Below, piece after piece: positions 11,831 to 23,915 of a stretch of DNA of 64,000 nucleotides. Every line of letters begins with the position of its first letter. Position 1 is the first letter of the stretch. Origin of the DNA: Azolla caroliniana (lineage: Eukaryota > Plantae > Polypodiophyta); contig JBHGNT010000004.1 in the NCBI GenBank assembly GCA_043228905.1, forward strand, positions 16,306,001 to 16,370,000, written 5' to 3'. Position numbers and translations under genes: made by a program. The notes beneath the pieces were generated by a model, which made no database searches, was not told where the DNA came from, and saw nothing but the letters and a program-made list of their open reading frames with translations.

Positions 11831-13769
11831 AAATGTCCACATAGTCAACCCATCCTCTTTGATTCAAGTCCTCGGTGGTGCCGCTCAAATTTCACATGCA
11901 CACATAACTTCGCGACATTGCATAGTCGATGGCACATGTGATCTACACCATCTAATCTTTATCCAAAAAAGTGCGCGAGTTTCCATTAGCTCGACTTTAT
12001 CAACCTTTGTCACCACGAAGAGCACTTGCCCAATATTTCTTTAACTCGTTAAGAGTTTGTGACAAATGGTGATGGGATGCCCCCCATGTGACGCTAATAT
12101 TTCTCTACGCGACTTACTTGAAGATTAGCTGATGCCTTAAGGTAGATTGTACCCTCATTTCCTAGCATGAGTCGACTTTTCATGCACCTCCATGCGTTAA
12201 AGATTGAGAGGTGCACCCCTTGCGACATCTTTTAATGTTTCAATCATGACCTTAACTACACAGATAAATCTTTAACCATCAATGTATAAGCATCTTGATC
12301 CGATAAATCTTTAACCATCAATTCATACTACCTCGATTGAATGCAAAATACCTAGGCAAACAATACATGAAGGGATTTACCACGTCATCCTTGGTCTCGG
12401 ATGTAGAGGACTCAATGTAAATGATGTTGTCGAATATGATGATGTTTCCTCCAATTCATCTTCCATGATTGCAAATATGAAATCATAACATGATCGCGAT
12501 ACCTTATTATGTAGGATGTTTGAGTGCAAGTGTGATGCAACGAAGGATGTTTGAATTCCGTTATTCAGTGCAATAGCAAGTAGGATGTTTGAGCGAAATT
12601 ATTCTATGTGATAGCATGTAGATGTTTGATTATTCTGTGTGATAGCAAGTGATTATTTTGTGCTTGATAGTGATTGTCCTATCTAAAACGTATGGGCAAA
12701 ATTATCGTTAATCCAATCCTTGAAAAAATTATCATTACAAGTAGTTGGTTGACTGTGGTCATTTTGGTCAGGCTCCTATCTTCGAGTAGGGCTCCTTCAA
12801 GTGAGTCGAGCTCCTCTCTTTTAGTCGGTCACTTGAGTGAAAGTGACTCAGGCTCTTGCTCTTTGAATTGAGCTCTCGCCTTTCAATCATGCTATTGGTA
12901 GATAGAAGGTAGTGAAAATATGGCCCATAAAACATTTACATTTTAATCACCATATCCATGTTGACATGATTTCAAAATACTATATATACACTTTGACACC
13001 AAATTCCCAATTCGAATCACACATATACACCCAATGTTGAATCACATATATACACTTTGACACCATATACGAAATGTTTGAAAATGCTTCCTCATTTATA
13101 TGAATCGTTTATACAAAATGGTTGATATACAAAATGTTCTTACAATGTAATGGCTAACAACCAAATTATATTTATTCATATAAAAAGGATAAATTACAAA
13201 ATTGGGAATATACAATATGGGATGGTTGGCCGAAATTATTAATAGTTTAAGATATCAGAAACCCCAAAACCCGTTGTGCCCATTTTGACAAAGTCATCCA
13301 AAGGATCTCCACATCTTCGTGTTCAAACCAATGCTCAAAACCCTACACCACATTACTTCTAGAACCAACATACTTCTACAAAAAAATACTCAAATCCAAA
13401 TTTGGTCCACACATACAAAATCAGGAGATTCCAATCCTTGAATGAACTCCTCTATGAGCATCTGAATTCTCTACTCACATAATAACCATAGTTAGTCCCA
13501 TGGGTTGCGGTGGGATGTGTGTTTTGTGATGTCTTCCCTAAATTAAGATACAATGGTCTCCGGGCATGCTACAAATTTTCCAAGCAACCATATCTACCAA
13601 AGTCTGTAAGGTGCAGGTCGCCAGATTATTCAATGTATCGTAGAAAACTATCAGGCTGGTCACCTTCTAAGATCCACGTTGGTTGGACTGTGCCACATCT
13701 TCTTCCAAAGTGCCCACTAAGTGCAATGTGGGTATGAAAACATAATCTCACTCAAGCACATGAACAAGG

Positions 13770-15420
13770 ATGTTGTCCACCTTGGAGCTTTTGCTTGGCA
13801 ATTTGCACTTGAAATGGATCAACGATCCAATACCTATTAGAGACCTCTTGGGGTTGCTGGGTTAAAATTCCTACTTTCGACCATTGTACTTTTAGTGTGA
13901 AATCTCCCTTGGAGTTAGGGCTAACCCCAATCATGTATAAATAAGAGGTACTCCTCTTTGTCCAAACTAATGAATGATAATACCTATCTTCTCTTTGCTA
14001 ATCCTTGTATATTGTTTCTGTGCATACTCCTTGTGTATACTCTTTCTCTGTTTATATCAAATAGTGATCACAACACCTCACGCTTAATCTACAGTTGTTT
14101 GTTTCACATCAACAAGATCTCCACACTTGCTTCCACATAGTCGACCATAGTCGACCAACAGACTACACACAGTAGTCGATGAGACACTATGAGTGTTATC
14201 AAGTGATATAAGAGCGATCTTGGAATCAAGCAACATCAGTATAAGAAGAGGTAGAAGTTTTGAAGGAAAAGAACAAGTCGACAAAATATCCAAAAAGGAA
14301 CAATGGCCTCGACATCCTGTACAATTTCTAAAATCAGAAAGTTCGATGGCAAAAACTTTGCCCTATGGAAGGAGATGATACATGACGTGTTGATCATACG
14401 ACACCAGATCAAAACGATCAGGCATAACAACAAACCATAGACGATGACAGCCAAATAATGGTGATCGTTTGATGAGATTGTGATATGGACCATCCAATGC
14501 ATCTGGCTAAAAACGTCTACTTTAGCATGGCAAAAGAGACGACTGCATTCGCCCTATGGGAGAAGTCGAGCTCCTCAAAACTCAACTTGATTCGGCAATT
14601 GTTCAACATAAAGATGAGGGAGACAGAGATGGTGACCTCCCATATCAACACCTTTAGTCGAGTGCTAACAAAACTCTCCTCGCAAGGCTTGAACTTTGAA
14701 GAAGAAGTCAAGGCACTTGCAGTCCTTTCAAGACTCTCGACCAATTGGGAAGTATTCTGCATGACTGTCACCAACAATTCAACGAAGCTAACGCTCGACG
14801 AAGCGACCGTGGCAATGTTGTCAAAGGAGCTTTGAAGAAAGTCGATGGTACTCACCATCGATGACAATGCAGAAGCCCACTTCTCTAGGGGAATGGTTAA
14901 GAGGTCTGGCTGCAATCAAAGTAGGCTGAGAAGGAGACATGACCGACAATGGTCGAAGTCAAGAGGTGTGCCATCAAATGCCTACAACGCACATTGTAGG
15001 AAGGCCAGCCACCAAGTTGTTGACTATTCATCATTGAATAAGATGGGCAGAAGCCAAAGATTCGAGTGGGACGCATGCTATTCCGACTCGAACGAAACAT
15101 CTATTGACAACCACATTCATGTTGTCGAATCACCATTGGGAGGTCCTTTCATTATAAGGCTCGTCGACTGGTGAGATCTTGTATAGTGCACAAGATGCAT
15201 GAACGTGGTTGCTTGATTCGGGCACAACCTTTCTTATGACCCCTCACAAAGAATGGTTTCGAACTATTCAACTAGTGTCGGTTCGGTCCAACTCAAAAAT
15301 CTGCAGGAGTGCAAGATCACCAAAATAGGGGAAATACCCATTCGGCTACCGAATGGAAGCATCATACCCGATCATCTTAAGAGGAGTTTAATCTCGGCAT
15401 GTTGGCCGAAGATGATTACT
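13770..15420 (+). mobile_element. Degenerate Ty1/copia 5' remnant (LTR to ~14201, PBS, gag, protease)
   Basis: PBS-like TGATATAAGAGC (tRNA-iMet type). Gag motifs KFDGKNFALWKEMI and KLNLIRQLFNIKM; protease WLLDSGTTFLMTP at ~15207. The LTR start is approximate. Confidence 0.7.
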
Positions 15421-15449
15421 TAACCTCACGGTAAATGCCAAATTGAGTT

Positions 15450-15943
15450 GTACCTTCACGGTAAACACAGGCCGGATACTTAACCTCCAGGTACCTTGAT
15501 CAAGGTTTGTGGTCGAAGAGATAGAAATTAACCATCAAACTTGATAGATAAACATAAGTAAAGAAAGGTTAACCAATCGGCTGTTATAACTAGAACACTA
15601 TTCGAATCAGCTCCAACCGATGTGCTTACAGAGTAGACTTAAAAATATGCTTGAAACACAAACACAATATGCCCAAATAAAATTATATTGAGACTGATAA
15701 ACACTTACAGGCCTATCCTTTTTCCTTTTTACAATGCTTTATGCCCCTTTATATAGGAAGCATGGAAAGGTTACATCAAGAAAATGCATGCCATTCACTA
15801 GGGAACTAAATTTTACAATTTCTACTTGGCATATTTATATTTCGGCCATTAATATTTATCTTGGTCTTTTCGGCTATATCCGGCTTCACACTTGTCTGGC
15901 TACATACTCCTTTTGGCCTTTCGGCCACAAATCCCCTTCTACA
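15450..15943 (-). mobile_element. Probable solo or partial LTR
   Basis: Starts TGTAGAAGGGG on the minus strand, has a TATATAAA box near 15748, and interrupts flanking retroelement coding remnants. Confidence 0.4.
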
Positions 15944-16823
15944 CTATAGTCAACCTGCCTAGCTAACAATGATTTTAGTTCACCAGCCCTTCTATGCCCC
16001 CATTTGCATTTCTAAGAAGATCTATTAGTATTTCTAATCGATCCTTCGGTGGGGCTTGGTTGTGGCCATCGCCCATATCCACGAGTCTTCTAGTCATCTC
16101 TTCCCTAGAATATTGTCCTTCTACTTCCAATGCTTCATGGAGAGATCTGGATTTGATCCTCACCATTTCTTCCAAATCTTGTGAAGTTTGCCCTATTGAT
16201 TGTTCTACCCAGTAACTACCATGCTCTATTATTTCTCATGATTCAAGTTCATCCACGATTTCCATATTTCCCCTTCATCAAAGAGGGTGTGATTCCCTAT
16301 CCATTCTCCTTCTATTATTCAACATGTTTTCAGAAATTTCTGACCTACAGGTTTGGCCGATCGAGTAGGTATGTTCCCTGGCGATTTCTTCTTAACCGAT
16401 TAATCGTGTTTCTTGTTGCTATGATAAGATGCTCACTTCAATTGTTGTAGATTGTTGCTTCCTCTAGTGCTTAAAAAAAAAATCAACCACCAAAATAGCC
16501 TTCCACTCAATTTCTAGCCATAGCTTCCACTCCTTGCCTATCACTATTTGAGTTTTGTTGTTTGCTTCTCTCATGTGCTGGTTGCTAGATCGTTCCATGC
16601 TCCTACACCTTCTCAGTGGTGCATAGAACCCGCTCTAATACCGAGTATTATGAAAACAATGAAGGGAGAAGGAAATTATAGAGAGGGATATTCAATAGAA
16701 TAAGAGGAAAGGGTATTTTTGTATTAAAGAGGAAGTATTACATGGGGCATATTGGACCCTAATTTCTGTAGCTACTCCCAACCAATCTTCCTTAATTTCT
16801 CTAATCATAACTACTCCATAACA
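15944..16823 (-). mobile_element. LTR retrotransposon 5' remnant: short LTR (16646-16823), PBS and gag-like fragments
   Basis: Termini TGTTATG...CATAATA, followed by PBS-like GGTATTAGAGC (16632-16642) and broken gag-like ORFs. Confidence 0.5.
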
Positions 16824-17597
16824 ACATACATACACATGCAATAAAATTCAAACCGTAGTACTAATATTCGTGTTCGGTAGCCCAAACATTCGTTTTCATA
16901 TGTTTAAAAACAAATGCGTATGTTATTAAAACATTCTTGTGTTTTTTTTTACATTTTTTACCTTAACTCTCTTACCCTAAAACAATTACCGTATAATAAA
17001 TAATGAGTGCAAAAGTGTGGTATTTACCATACTTCAAGGGGGTTTTTCATACTCCAATGATAAGAATGTTTGCGAATGCGAATGCACGAATGAATGGTAC
17101 ACGTGGTTCATACTATGATTCAAACAATACAATACATATGGATATACACACACATATAGAACACACATGTGTTTTCTATACAAAGGCATTTAAAATGAGT
17201 TGTTGTCAAAATATATATTGGCACTAAGTGGTATTTTTATTAATTGTTTTTTTACGAAAGTGTCTCTAAAATAGTAAAATCTATATGTTTAAGGTTTTAT
17301 AAAGGATGTCATGAAAACACTGATACACTTTTGTTTCTTTTGTTGACTGTTTTTGTTTTCTTCTTGATGGATAGTGATCAATCGATATGCGGTCGACTTT
17401 GATCCAGATAGCAGTCGACAAACGGAGGAACCTTTAGGTTTTCGGGGCATTAGATTCTTCGGTAACTCTTTGTGATTTTATTTTTCTATTCTATCTTCTC
17501 CCAATCTAATCATGTATAATCAATATGTATTTTTTTTATTTGATTCAATGATGTTGTAGTGGTAATGGATTGGTTGTATAAAATGTATACATATGTG

Positions 17598-17801
17598 TAT
17601 GAGATGAATACCTCATTTGACATATATTTGATATGTGATTCGTGTCGTATACGTCCGAGGTTAATACCTCAATTGTGTATTACGTTCACCTACATATGTT
17701 ACGTATGTTTATGAGGTGAATACCCTGATTTCTATGTAAATGATATGTGATTAGTGTTGTATGTGTAAGAGGTCAATACCTCAATTGTGTATTACGTTCA
17801 C
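17598..17801. repeat. Two diverged copies of a ~110 bp unit
   Basis: Both copies contain tatgag.tgaatacc...gatatgtgatt.gtgt.gtat...aatacctcaattgtgtattacgttcacc. Confidence 0.65.
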
Positions 17802-19302
17802 CCTTATTTTTAGCTATATGCCTCGATTACATGTCCCAATTTCATAATTTGTTGGCTATTTTATGTTACGATTTTTTTTTACTATACGCATGTGTAGTCA
17901 CATGTATACATATTTGATCGTATACATGTGATAAACATACATATGTGTATACTAGTTACTACGTGAGTTTTTATATCAAACATTGTCCTTTTCGAGGAAA
18001 GGATCTTGGTGGCCGTTGTCACATTTTTGTGAGAATGGCGTCGTCACCATCCTTTTTTTCAACAATTTTTTTGTTGTCATCCCCATTGGTCACTTCAATT
18101 TTGTTACGCGTTATAACAAAATGATCATAGCCACAATGGTGTTGAGAGGGTAGGGCTTGACCCACTTCATGTGAGGTCGCTCCTATGACACGCGCATCCA
18201 ACATCCCTCCCTCGTTACATGGATCTACGATGCCACCATGAGAACATCATTACAGAAGGCATTCGTAATGACGTAACCATGTGATGGGCCACGTGGGCCT
18301 ACTATGAAAAGAGGGCTCATTTGGCTTGACCATTAGGTTGCACTTTGGCGTATGCCATTGTAATTATGAGACTTGAGGTTAGGTAACGTACCAACATAGT
18401 TTTGTAGTAAACGAGGGGGAAATAAGGACTCTTGACATATATGTTTTTTTTTTTTAAAAACATATCTAGGAAAATGCCTTTGCATATCTCTCATACGTAT
18501 AAACATTAAACATTCAAAAGGAGCAAACCTATTTGGTTAGCTGAAGTCTTTCATGCATTTGTTCTGAAGGTCTCGAGTTCAAATATGACTAAGACTATAT
18601 AACATTCTTGATACATATGACTATAACACATGTTTAGACTTTAGGTCTAAGTGCACTTCGAGGTCCTCGTAATAGGACTTAAAGAGCCGAAACCACATGC
18701 GTGGGCAAAGAGACATAGTTTATTATTAACATTTTCCCGTGTTTAAACTATTCATGACGCAAACATACATGGTTGAGCTTTGGGGAGCCGCCATGAAAAA
18801 ATCGATATAGAGATCAGGGAAAGACATTCATTTGTCATCCCCATGGTTTTAAAAACACCTTTGTGTTACCATAGTAACTTGATCTTGAACCTCATCTCAT
18901 ACATCTAGAGGGGTATTGACGTGAGATCATGATATTGATTAATGTTTGCCCATGATATGTTTACATCACGACATAATGTTATGACTATTTGTCTGACCTT
19001 ATCCTATTTCTTTGCTAGAAATTATCATTCATTGGCTCATAATAACGACCCGATGGCATCCGCACAAGTGGAAGGAAATCAAGGAAATCCTCTTGCGCCA
19101 ATCCCCATTGAGTTGTATTTTTTACAAATACAAAATTTCCTTAATTCAACCTTGCATCAGATGACCGAACTTCGGGAATCTCATAGTCCTCTTGAGGCAC
19201 GTGTCATTAGTTTACAACGTGATACTAATAGACCCGATGAGGGTGAAGGTGAACCATCATTTGTCATAAGCTATCAGGAGCAGTACTAAGACAGAGAAGT
19301 AT

Positions 19303-19413
19303 TGTCAAGAACAGTACCAAAACAAAAAGGAATTAGTACTAAAAGATGAGGATCAGTACTAAGGTGTAGAACTCTCGAGAGGAGAGAGTGAGAGAGTGAG
19401 TGAGAGTGAGAGT

Positions 19414-19446
<33 letters not shown>

Positions 19447-19780
19447 TGAGGATAACAAATTATATATATTATGTTAAGGGAATATACAATAGTAGCTAGG
19501 AGGCTTAAGACTGGCGTTAAACCAATTTGGTTCGAAATAATGCCTTGTGCCTCCTTTTATAGTGTTCTTAGGAGTACTCTTGAAGTTTCTAGAATGTTCC
19601 CGAGAAATCTGGAATATACATCAATTTTCTATAGTAAAACCTAAATGAAAATAATATCTTTCGTATTACAACATATAGTCTAATGGTCAAGAGCTCGACC
19701 CATGTAACATAAGGGCATGGGTTCGAGCCTTGCCATATCATGACACTATCCCCCCTTTAAAACGACGAGTGTCACGAGTC
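19303..19780 (-). mobile_element. Chromoviral family A 3' LTR (19303-19745) with PPT and a few integrase codons
   Basis: Reverse-complement homologue of 5280-5757: TGTCATGATATGGCAAG...TTGACA, with PPT AAAGGGGGGATAG. Confidence 0.88.
19673..19737 (+). other. tRNA-like Pol III module in LTR U3 (family A, second copy)
   Basis: TATAGTCTAATGGTCAAGAG...GCATGGGTTCGAGCCTTGCC. Confidence 0.7.
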
Positions 19781-19789
19781 TTGTCTAGA

Positions 19790-20410
19790 TATTGACGATG
19801 GAAGTTTTCAAGAAGAGCACGAGCATTGATTTTGAATACATATTAACCAAAGCATTCCCAACATGCAATTTATCTCAACCAGACCTTTTCTTTCAATATT
19901 AGCATGTATTGACTTGCCCTTACCCATGGTTCCAATCCTACCACAAGCTATAACAGGCATTTCCTGCTCCAGTATCCGGAATTTGTTTCATGAGGCTTGT
20001 TGTTTCAATCATAACATGTATTTCCCTACCCTTCCTAGTGGATTTATCGAAGCTTGAAAAAACTTTCTTGTGCCTCACCAAATAAACCACATTTAGAATA
20101 CATATGAAGTAATGCACTGCCAAGAGTTGTATCTCTTTCCAATAACCCTCTTCTAACATGTCAACATGTATCTTTCTTCCCTTGTTTATGGATAGAAGCA
20201 TAAGAAAATGTGCTAGCATTGGAGGACACTCACAATTCTGCATATTTTCAAAATAGCTTAGATCTTTCTTGGTTCAACGTATACTGAACCTCTTCAACAT
20301 AACCATACTCAGCATATTCACAAATCAATGCAGTCCAAGAGACTACATTTCTAGCTGGTAGTCCTGCTCAGCATACCCTGAGATAAGTGTTGTCCACTCA
20401 GGAACTAAAC
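19790..20410 (-). pseudogene. Degenerate PLS-PPR gene remnant
   Basis: Minus-strand fragments EWTTLISGYAEQD, KGRKIHVDM, KGREIHVMI and HVGNALVNMYSK, separated by stops and frameshifts. Confidence 0.7.
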
Positions 20411-20957
20411 CATCTAATTGAGTTTGTGTAAAACAATGTAGCACTTTGTCATTGGCCCAAACTCGGCCCAAAAGGGAATTTCACTTTATATCACCTATGA
20501 CAATATAGTGATATATTTTCAGTCGTGACGATAAATAGTGAATCCAAACTTTGATGATGATGCTGTCATGAATTGAGCTGTTATATGGTTCATCATAACA
20601 TGGAAAATATCAATTCCCAGTTTGGAGGTGAAGTAGAAGCAATGCATGATTCATCTTTCATCTACTTGATGTCAAAAGAACAATCGTTTGATGACATCTG
20701 TACTCTAGTGAAACTGGCAACCCTCCCATGGGAGGAGATGATCTCCTGCATGACAAATTATCTCAACCCGATGTTGACTGAAGTTCCATTATCTACCCTA
20801 GTTGATTGCAACAATGATGAGTTATTGTGAACACCACTAATGCCTGCATTTTTCTCTTGAAATTGTATAGAAAAGCTCAGATTAAAATTCTGTGACTTCA
20901 ACTCAATGTACAAATAATTTTTTGCATCTTCAACATAAAATGGGTAGTTGATTCTAT

Positions 20958-23264
20958 TCAAAACACTATTTCTTCACAGCAGTATACATGTTCAGGTCTC
21001 ATCATAGCTTCAAGTTTGTCAGCATCCTCTTTCATGCCAGCAGCTGCAAACATGTTAGCCATTAAGACATAACCTGCTGCCAAGTTATCATCTAGTTGCA
21101 CAATTTGATCGAAAACAGATCGTCCAAGCTTCACGTTTGACCATTTCCGGCATGTACCCAATAACGAGAGCCAAACTGAAGCACAATTCATACAAGACGG
21201 CATGGCTTCAATAACTGAAACTGCCTTATCAAAGTGTCCTGCACTACCAAAGCCAACCACCATGCACGTATGATGCTCTATAGTAAGGCTAATCCCATAT
21301 TTTGTACTCAATTCTGCAATAAGCCTTTGGGTCTCATACCAAGACCCTGCATGGCTACAAGCACTAAGCATACATACAAGACTGACCTCTTCTGGACAGA
21401 TACCCTCAATTTGCATCATTTGATACGCATTGAGTGTGCTGTGACTTTGTCCTTGTTGAGCATACCCTGCCATTAATGCATTCCAGGAAGCTACATCCCT
21501 GATAGGTAAGTCTTCAAGCACATCTTGGGCTTTTGTAAGCATACCACATCTTGCATACATATCCACCAATGTAGTACCAAGCATAATGTCTTCCTCCAAC
21601 AAACCCCTACGCACAATCTCATCGTGGATTTGTTTGCCTTTATTGATTGCTCCTGTGTTCATACATGCTTTCAAGATAGCAATGAAAGTGACTGTATTTG
21701 GCGATAGGCCTTCAGATTGCATCCTTTTCAGACAGTTAAGAGCTTCATGGCATTGTCCTTGTTGTGCATATCCAACAATTAGTGTGGACCAAGACACAAC
21801 ATTTCGAGTTGGAAGACCTTCAAGCACTTCTTGTGCTTTTCCAACCACTCCACATTTGGCATACATATCCACTAAAGCATTGCCAAGCATGCTATCTTTT
21901 CCTAGCAATCCTCTTCTTTGAATCTCATCGTGAATTTGTTCCCCTTTATCTACATTTCCTCTACTTCCACACGCCTTCAAGATGCAAATAAATGTAACTA
22001 TATCAGGACTGAGACCATCATTTTTCATTGATTTGTAGCAATTTAATACTTCATCATACTGGCCTTTTTGAGCATACCCCGTAATCAATGCATTCCAACA
22101 AACGGTGTTTCGAACAGGGAGATCATTAACCACTTCTTGTGCTTTTGCAAGTGCACCACATTTCGCATACATGTCTACCACAGTGGTGGCAAGCATAATG
22201 TCCTTTTCAAGCAATCCCTTCTTATTCCTAATTTTTTCATGGATTTGTTTCCCTTTATCGATAGCTCCTATGTTGCCACATGCCTTCAGGATGCACATGA
22301 AAGTGACCACATCTGGAGAGAAACCCTCACTTTCCATTCGTTCCAAACAGTTGAATGTTTCTTGGGTTTGAGCATGTTGAACATAACCACTGATAAGTGT
22401 GTTCCATGAGACTACATCTCGAGCAGGCAGCTCTTCGAGCACTTTCTGTGCCCTAGAAAGCATGCCACATCTAGTGTACATGTCCAAAAGAGCATTGCCA
22501 AGTGTGATATCCTTCTCTAACAAACCTCTCCTCCTAATCTTGTCATGAATTTGTTTGCCCTTATTGGTGGCTCCGACGGTGCCACATGCCTGCAATATAC
22601 ATATAAAAGTAACAGAATCAGGCGATAGGCACTCACAATATATCCGTTGCATACAATCTAAGGCTTCACTGCATTGACCTGCTTGAATGTAACCAGAAAT
22701 TAATGTATTCCAAGAGATTACATCTCGAACTGAGAGTGAATTGAGCATGTCTTTTGCATTTGTCATTTCACCGCACTTAGCATACATATCCACTACGGCA
22801 GTGGCAAGCACTATGTATTTCTCCAATAAACCTCTATCTACAATCATTTTATGAACCCTTCTTCCCTCATCTAGTGCACTTCTGTTGCCACAACCTTTCA
22901 AAATACAAATAAAAGTGACCGAATTCGGAACAACATTTTCTTTCTGCATGCATGAATAAACATTCAATGCTTCATGAACTTGTCCTTGTTGGGCATACCC
23001 TGAAATGAGCGCATTCCAAGAGGCGACATTTTGAGCAGAATCTTCTTCTAGAAGTTTCCTAGCTTTCTCAAACATACCACATTTTGCATACATGTTGATT
23101 AGGCAACTGGCAATGCGAGGGTTCTGTTCTAGAAGTAGACCATCTCTTTTTAGGATTTCACCATGTATTCTTGTTCCTTCATGAAGGTCTTTCTTGTTGG
23201 CACAAGACTTGAGCATGTTCATTATAAAAGTTGCATCTCTTGCTCTTCCCCATCTGCTTTTCAT
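20958..23264 (-). CDS. PLS-class PPR protein, (L-S)-(P1L1S1)x5-P2L2S2-E1-E2, no DYW; paralog of 7485-10169
   Basis: Intact 768-codon ORF with the same P/L/S/E motifs (VWLSLLGTCRKWSN; GYVLMANMFAAAG). Confidence 0.93.
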   Translation of the reverse strand: MKSRWGRARDATFIMNMLKSCANKKDLHEGTRIHGEILKRDGLLLEQNPRIASCLINMYAKCGMFEKARKLLEEDSAQNVASWNALISGYAQQGQVHEALNVYSCMQKENVVPNSVTFICILKGCGNRSALDEGRRVHKMIVDRGLLEKYIVLATAVVDMYAKCGEMTNAKDMLNSLSVRDVISWNTLISGYIQAGQCSEALDCMQRIYCECLSPDSVTFICILQACGTVGATNKGKQIHDKIRRRGLLEKDITLGNALLDMYTRCGMLSRAQKVLEELPARDVVSWNTLISGYVQHAQTQETFNCLERMESEGFSPDVVTFMCILKACGNIGAIDKGKQIHEKIRNKKGLLEKDIMLATTVVDMYAKCGALAKAQEVVNDLPVRNTVCWNALITGYAQKGQYDEVLNCYKSMKNDGLSPDIVTFICILKACGSRGNVDKGEQIHDEIQRRGLLGKDSMLGNALVDMYAKCGVVGKAQEVLEGLPTRNVVSWSTLIVGYAQQGQCHEALNCLKRMQSEGLSPNTVTFIAILKACMNTGAINKGKQIHDEIVRRGLLEEDIMLGTTLVDMYARCGMLTKAQDVLEDLPIRDVASWNALMAGYAQQGQSHSTLNAYQMMQIEGICPEEVSLVCMLSACSHAGSWYETQRLIAELSTKYGISLTIEHHTCMVVGFGSAGHFDKAVSVIEAMPSCMNCASVWLSLLGTCRKWSNVKLGRSVFDQIVQLDDNLAAGYVLMANMFAAAGMKEDADKLEAMMRPEHVYCCEEIVF

Positions 23265-23915
23265 GCTCTTTTAAACCTCTCTGCTCCCCAAACTTCCCAT
23301 GGATCCATTGACAGGCAGATGACAGGCCTCGCTGCATCAACCCCAAGTTTTGAAAAAACTACGAAAATAGCCTTAACTTTCATCATGGTGGACTATGGGG
23401 AGCTTAAACACCCAGCTTCACTTAGTATCCTCTAAAAGTGTTTTAGCTACTATCTTTTGGATCCTTGGCTTTGATCCTAGTTTCATCGAAATAATTGTGT
23501 GGAATATATGATGTTATCTTACGGATATATCTAGTCTGGCTAGAGTATCTTTACCGATCCACATGCACATCCTTTTCATTTTAGGGCATTTTTTTCATTA
23601 GGGGAATGTTTCGTTTCTCTTGTCAGAGATAATACTACAAATTTCTACCAATTCATTGGAATTCATTTTTGTATTTTTATCATGTTTTGTTCCCTTCATG
23701 AATTTTAGTCACTCCACAAGACATTTCTTGAAGATTGGCAACGATATTTTCACCCATTTCATATTTGTTTTGACATATATTAATATCAAAGTTCTCAAGG
23801 ATATTTGTCATTGTCCCTCAAGGATCTCTAATTCACCAAGCTGTCAAAATCTCACACAGTCTAATGAGCAATATATGTCATGATATGACTACGCTTATGC
23901 CACTGCCCTAGATCA

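Noticed and set aside
13250-13740. Very degenerate integrase zinc-finger remnant on the minus strand (H..SGHFG)
   Set aside because: Only a few residues match; cannot be supported without an alignment.
20570-20880. Possible DYW domain or separate gene downstream of PPR2
   Set aside because: No deaminase motifs; the short ORFs resemble no family I recognise.
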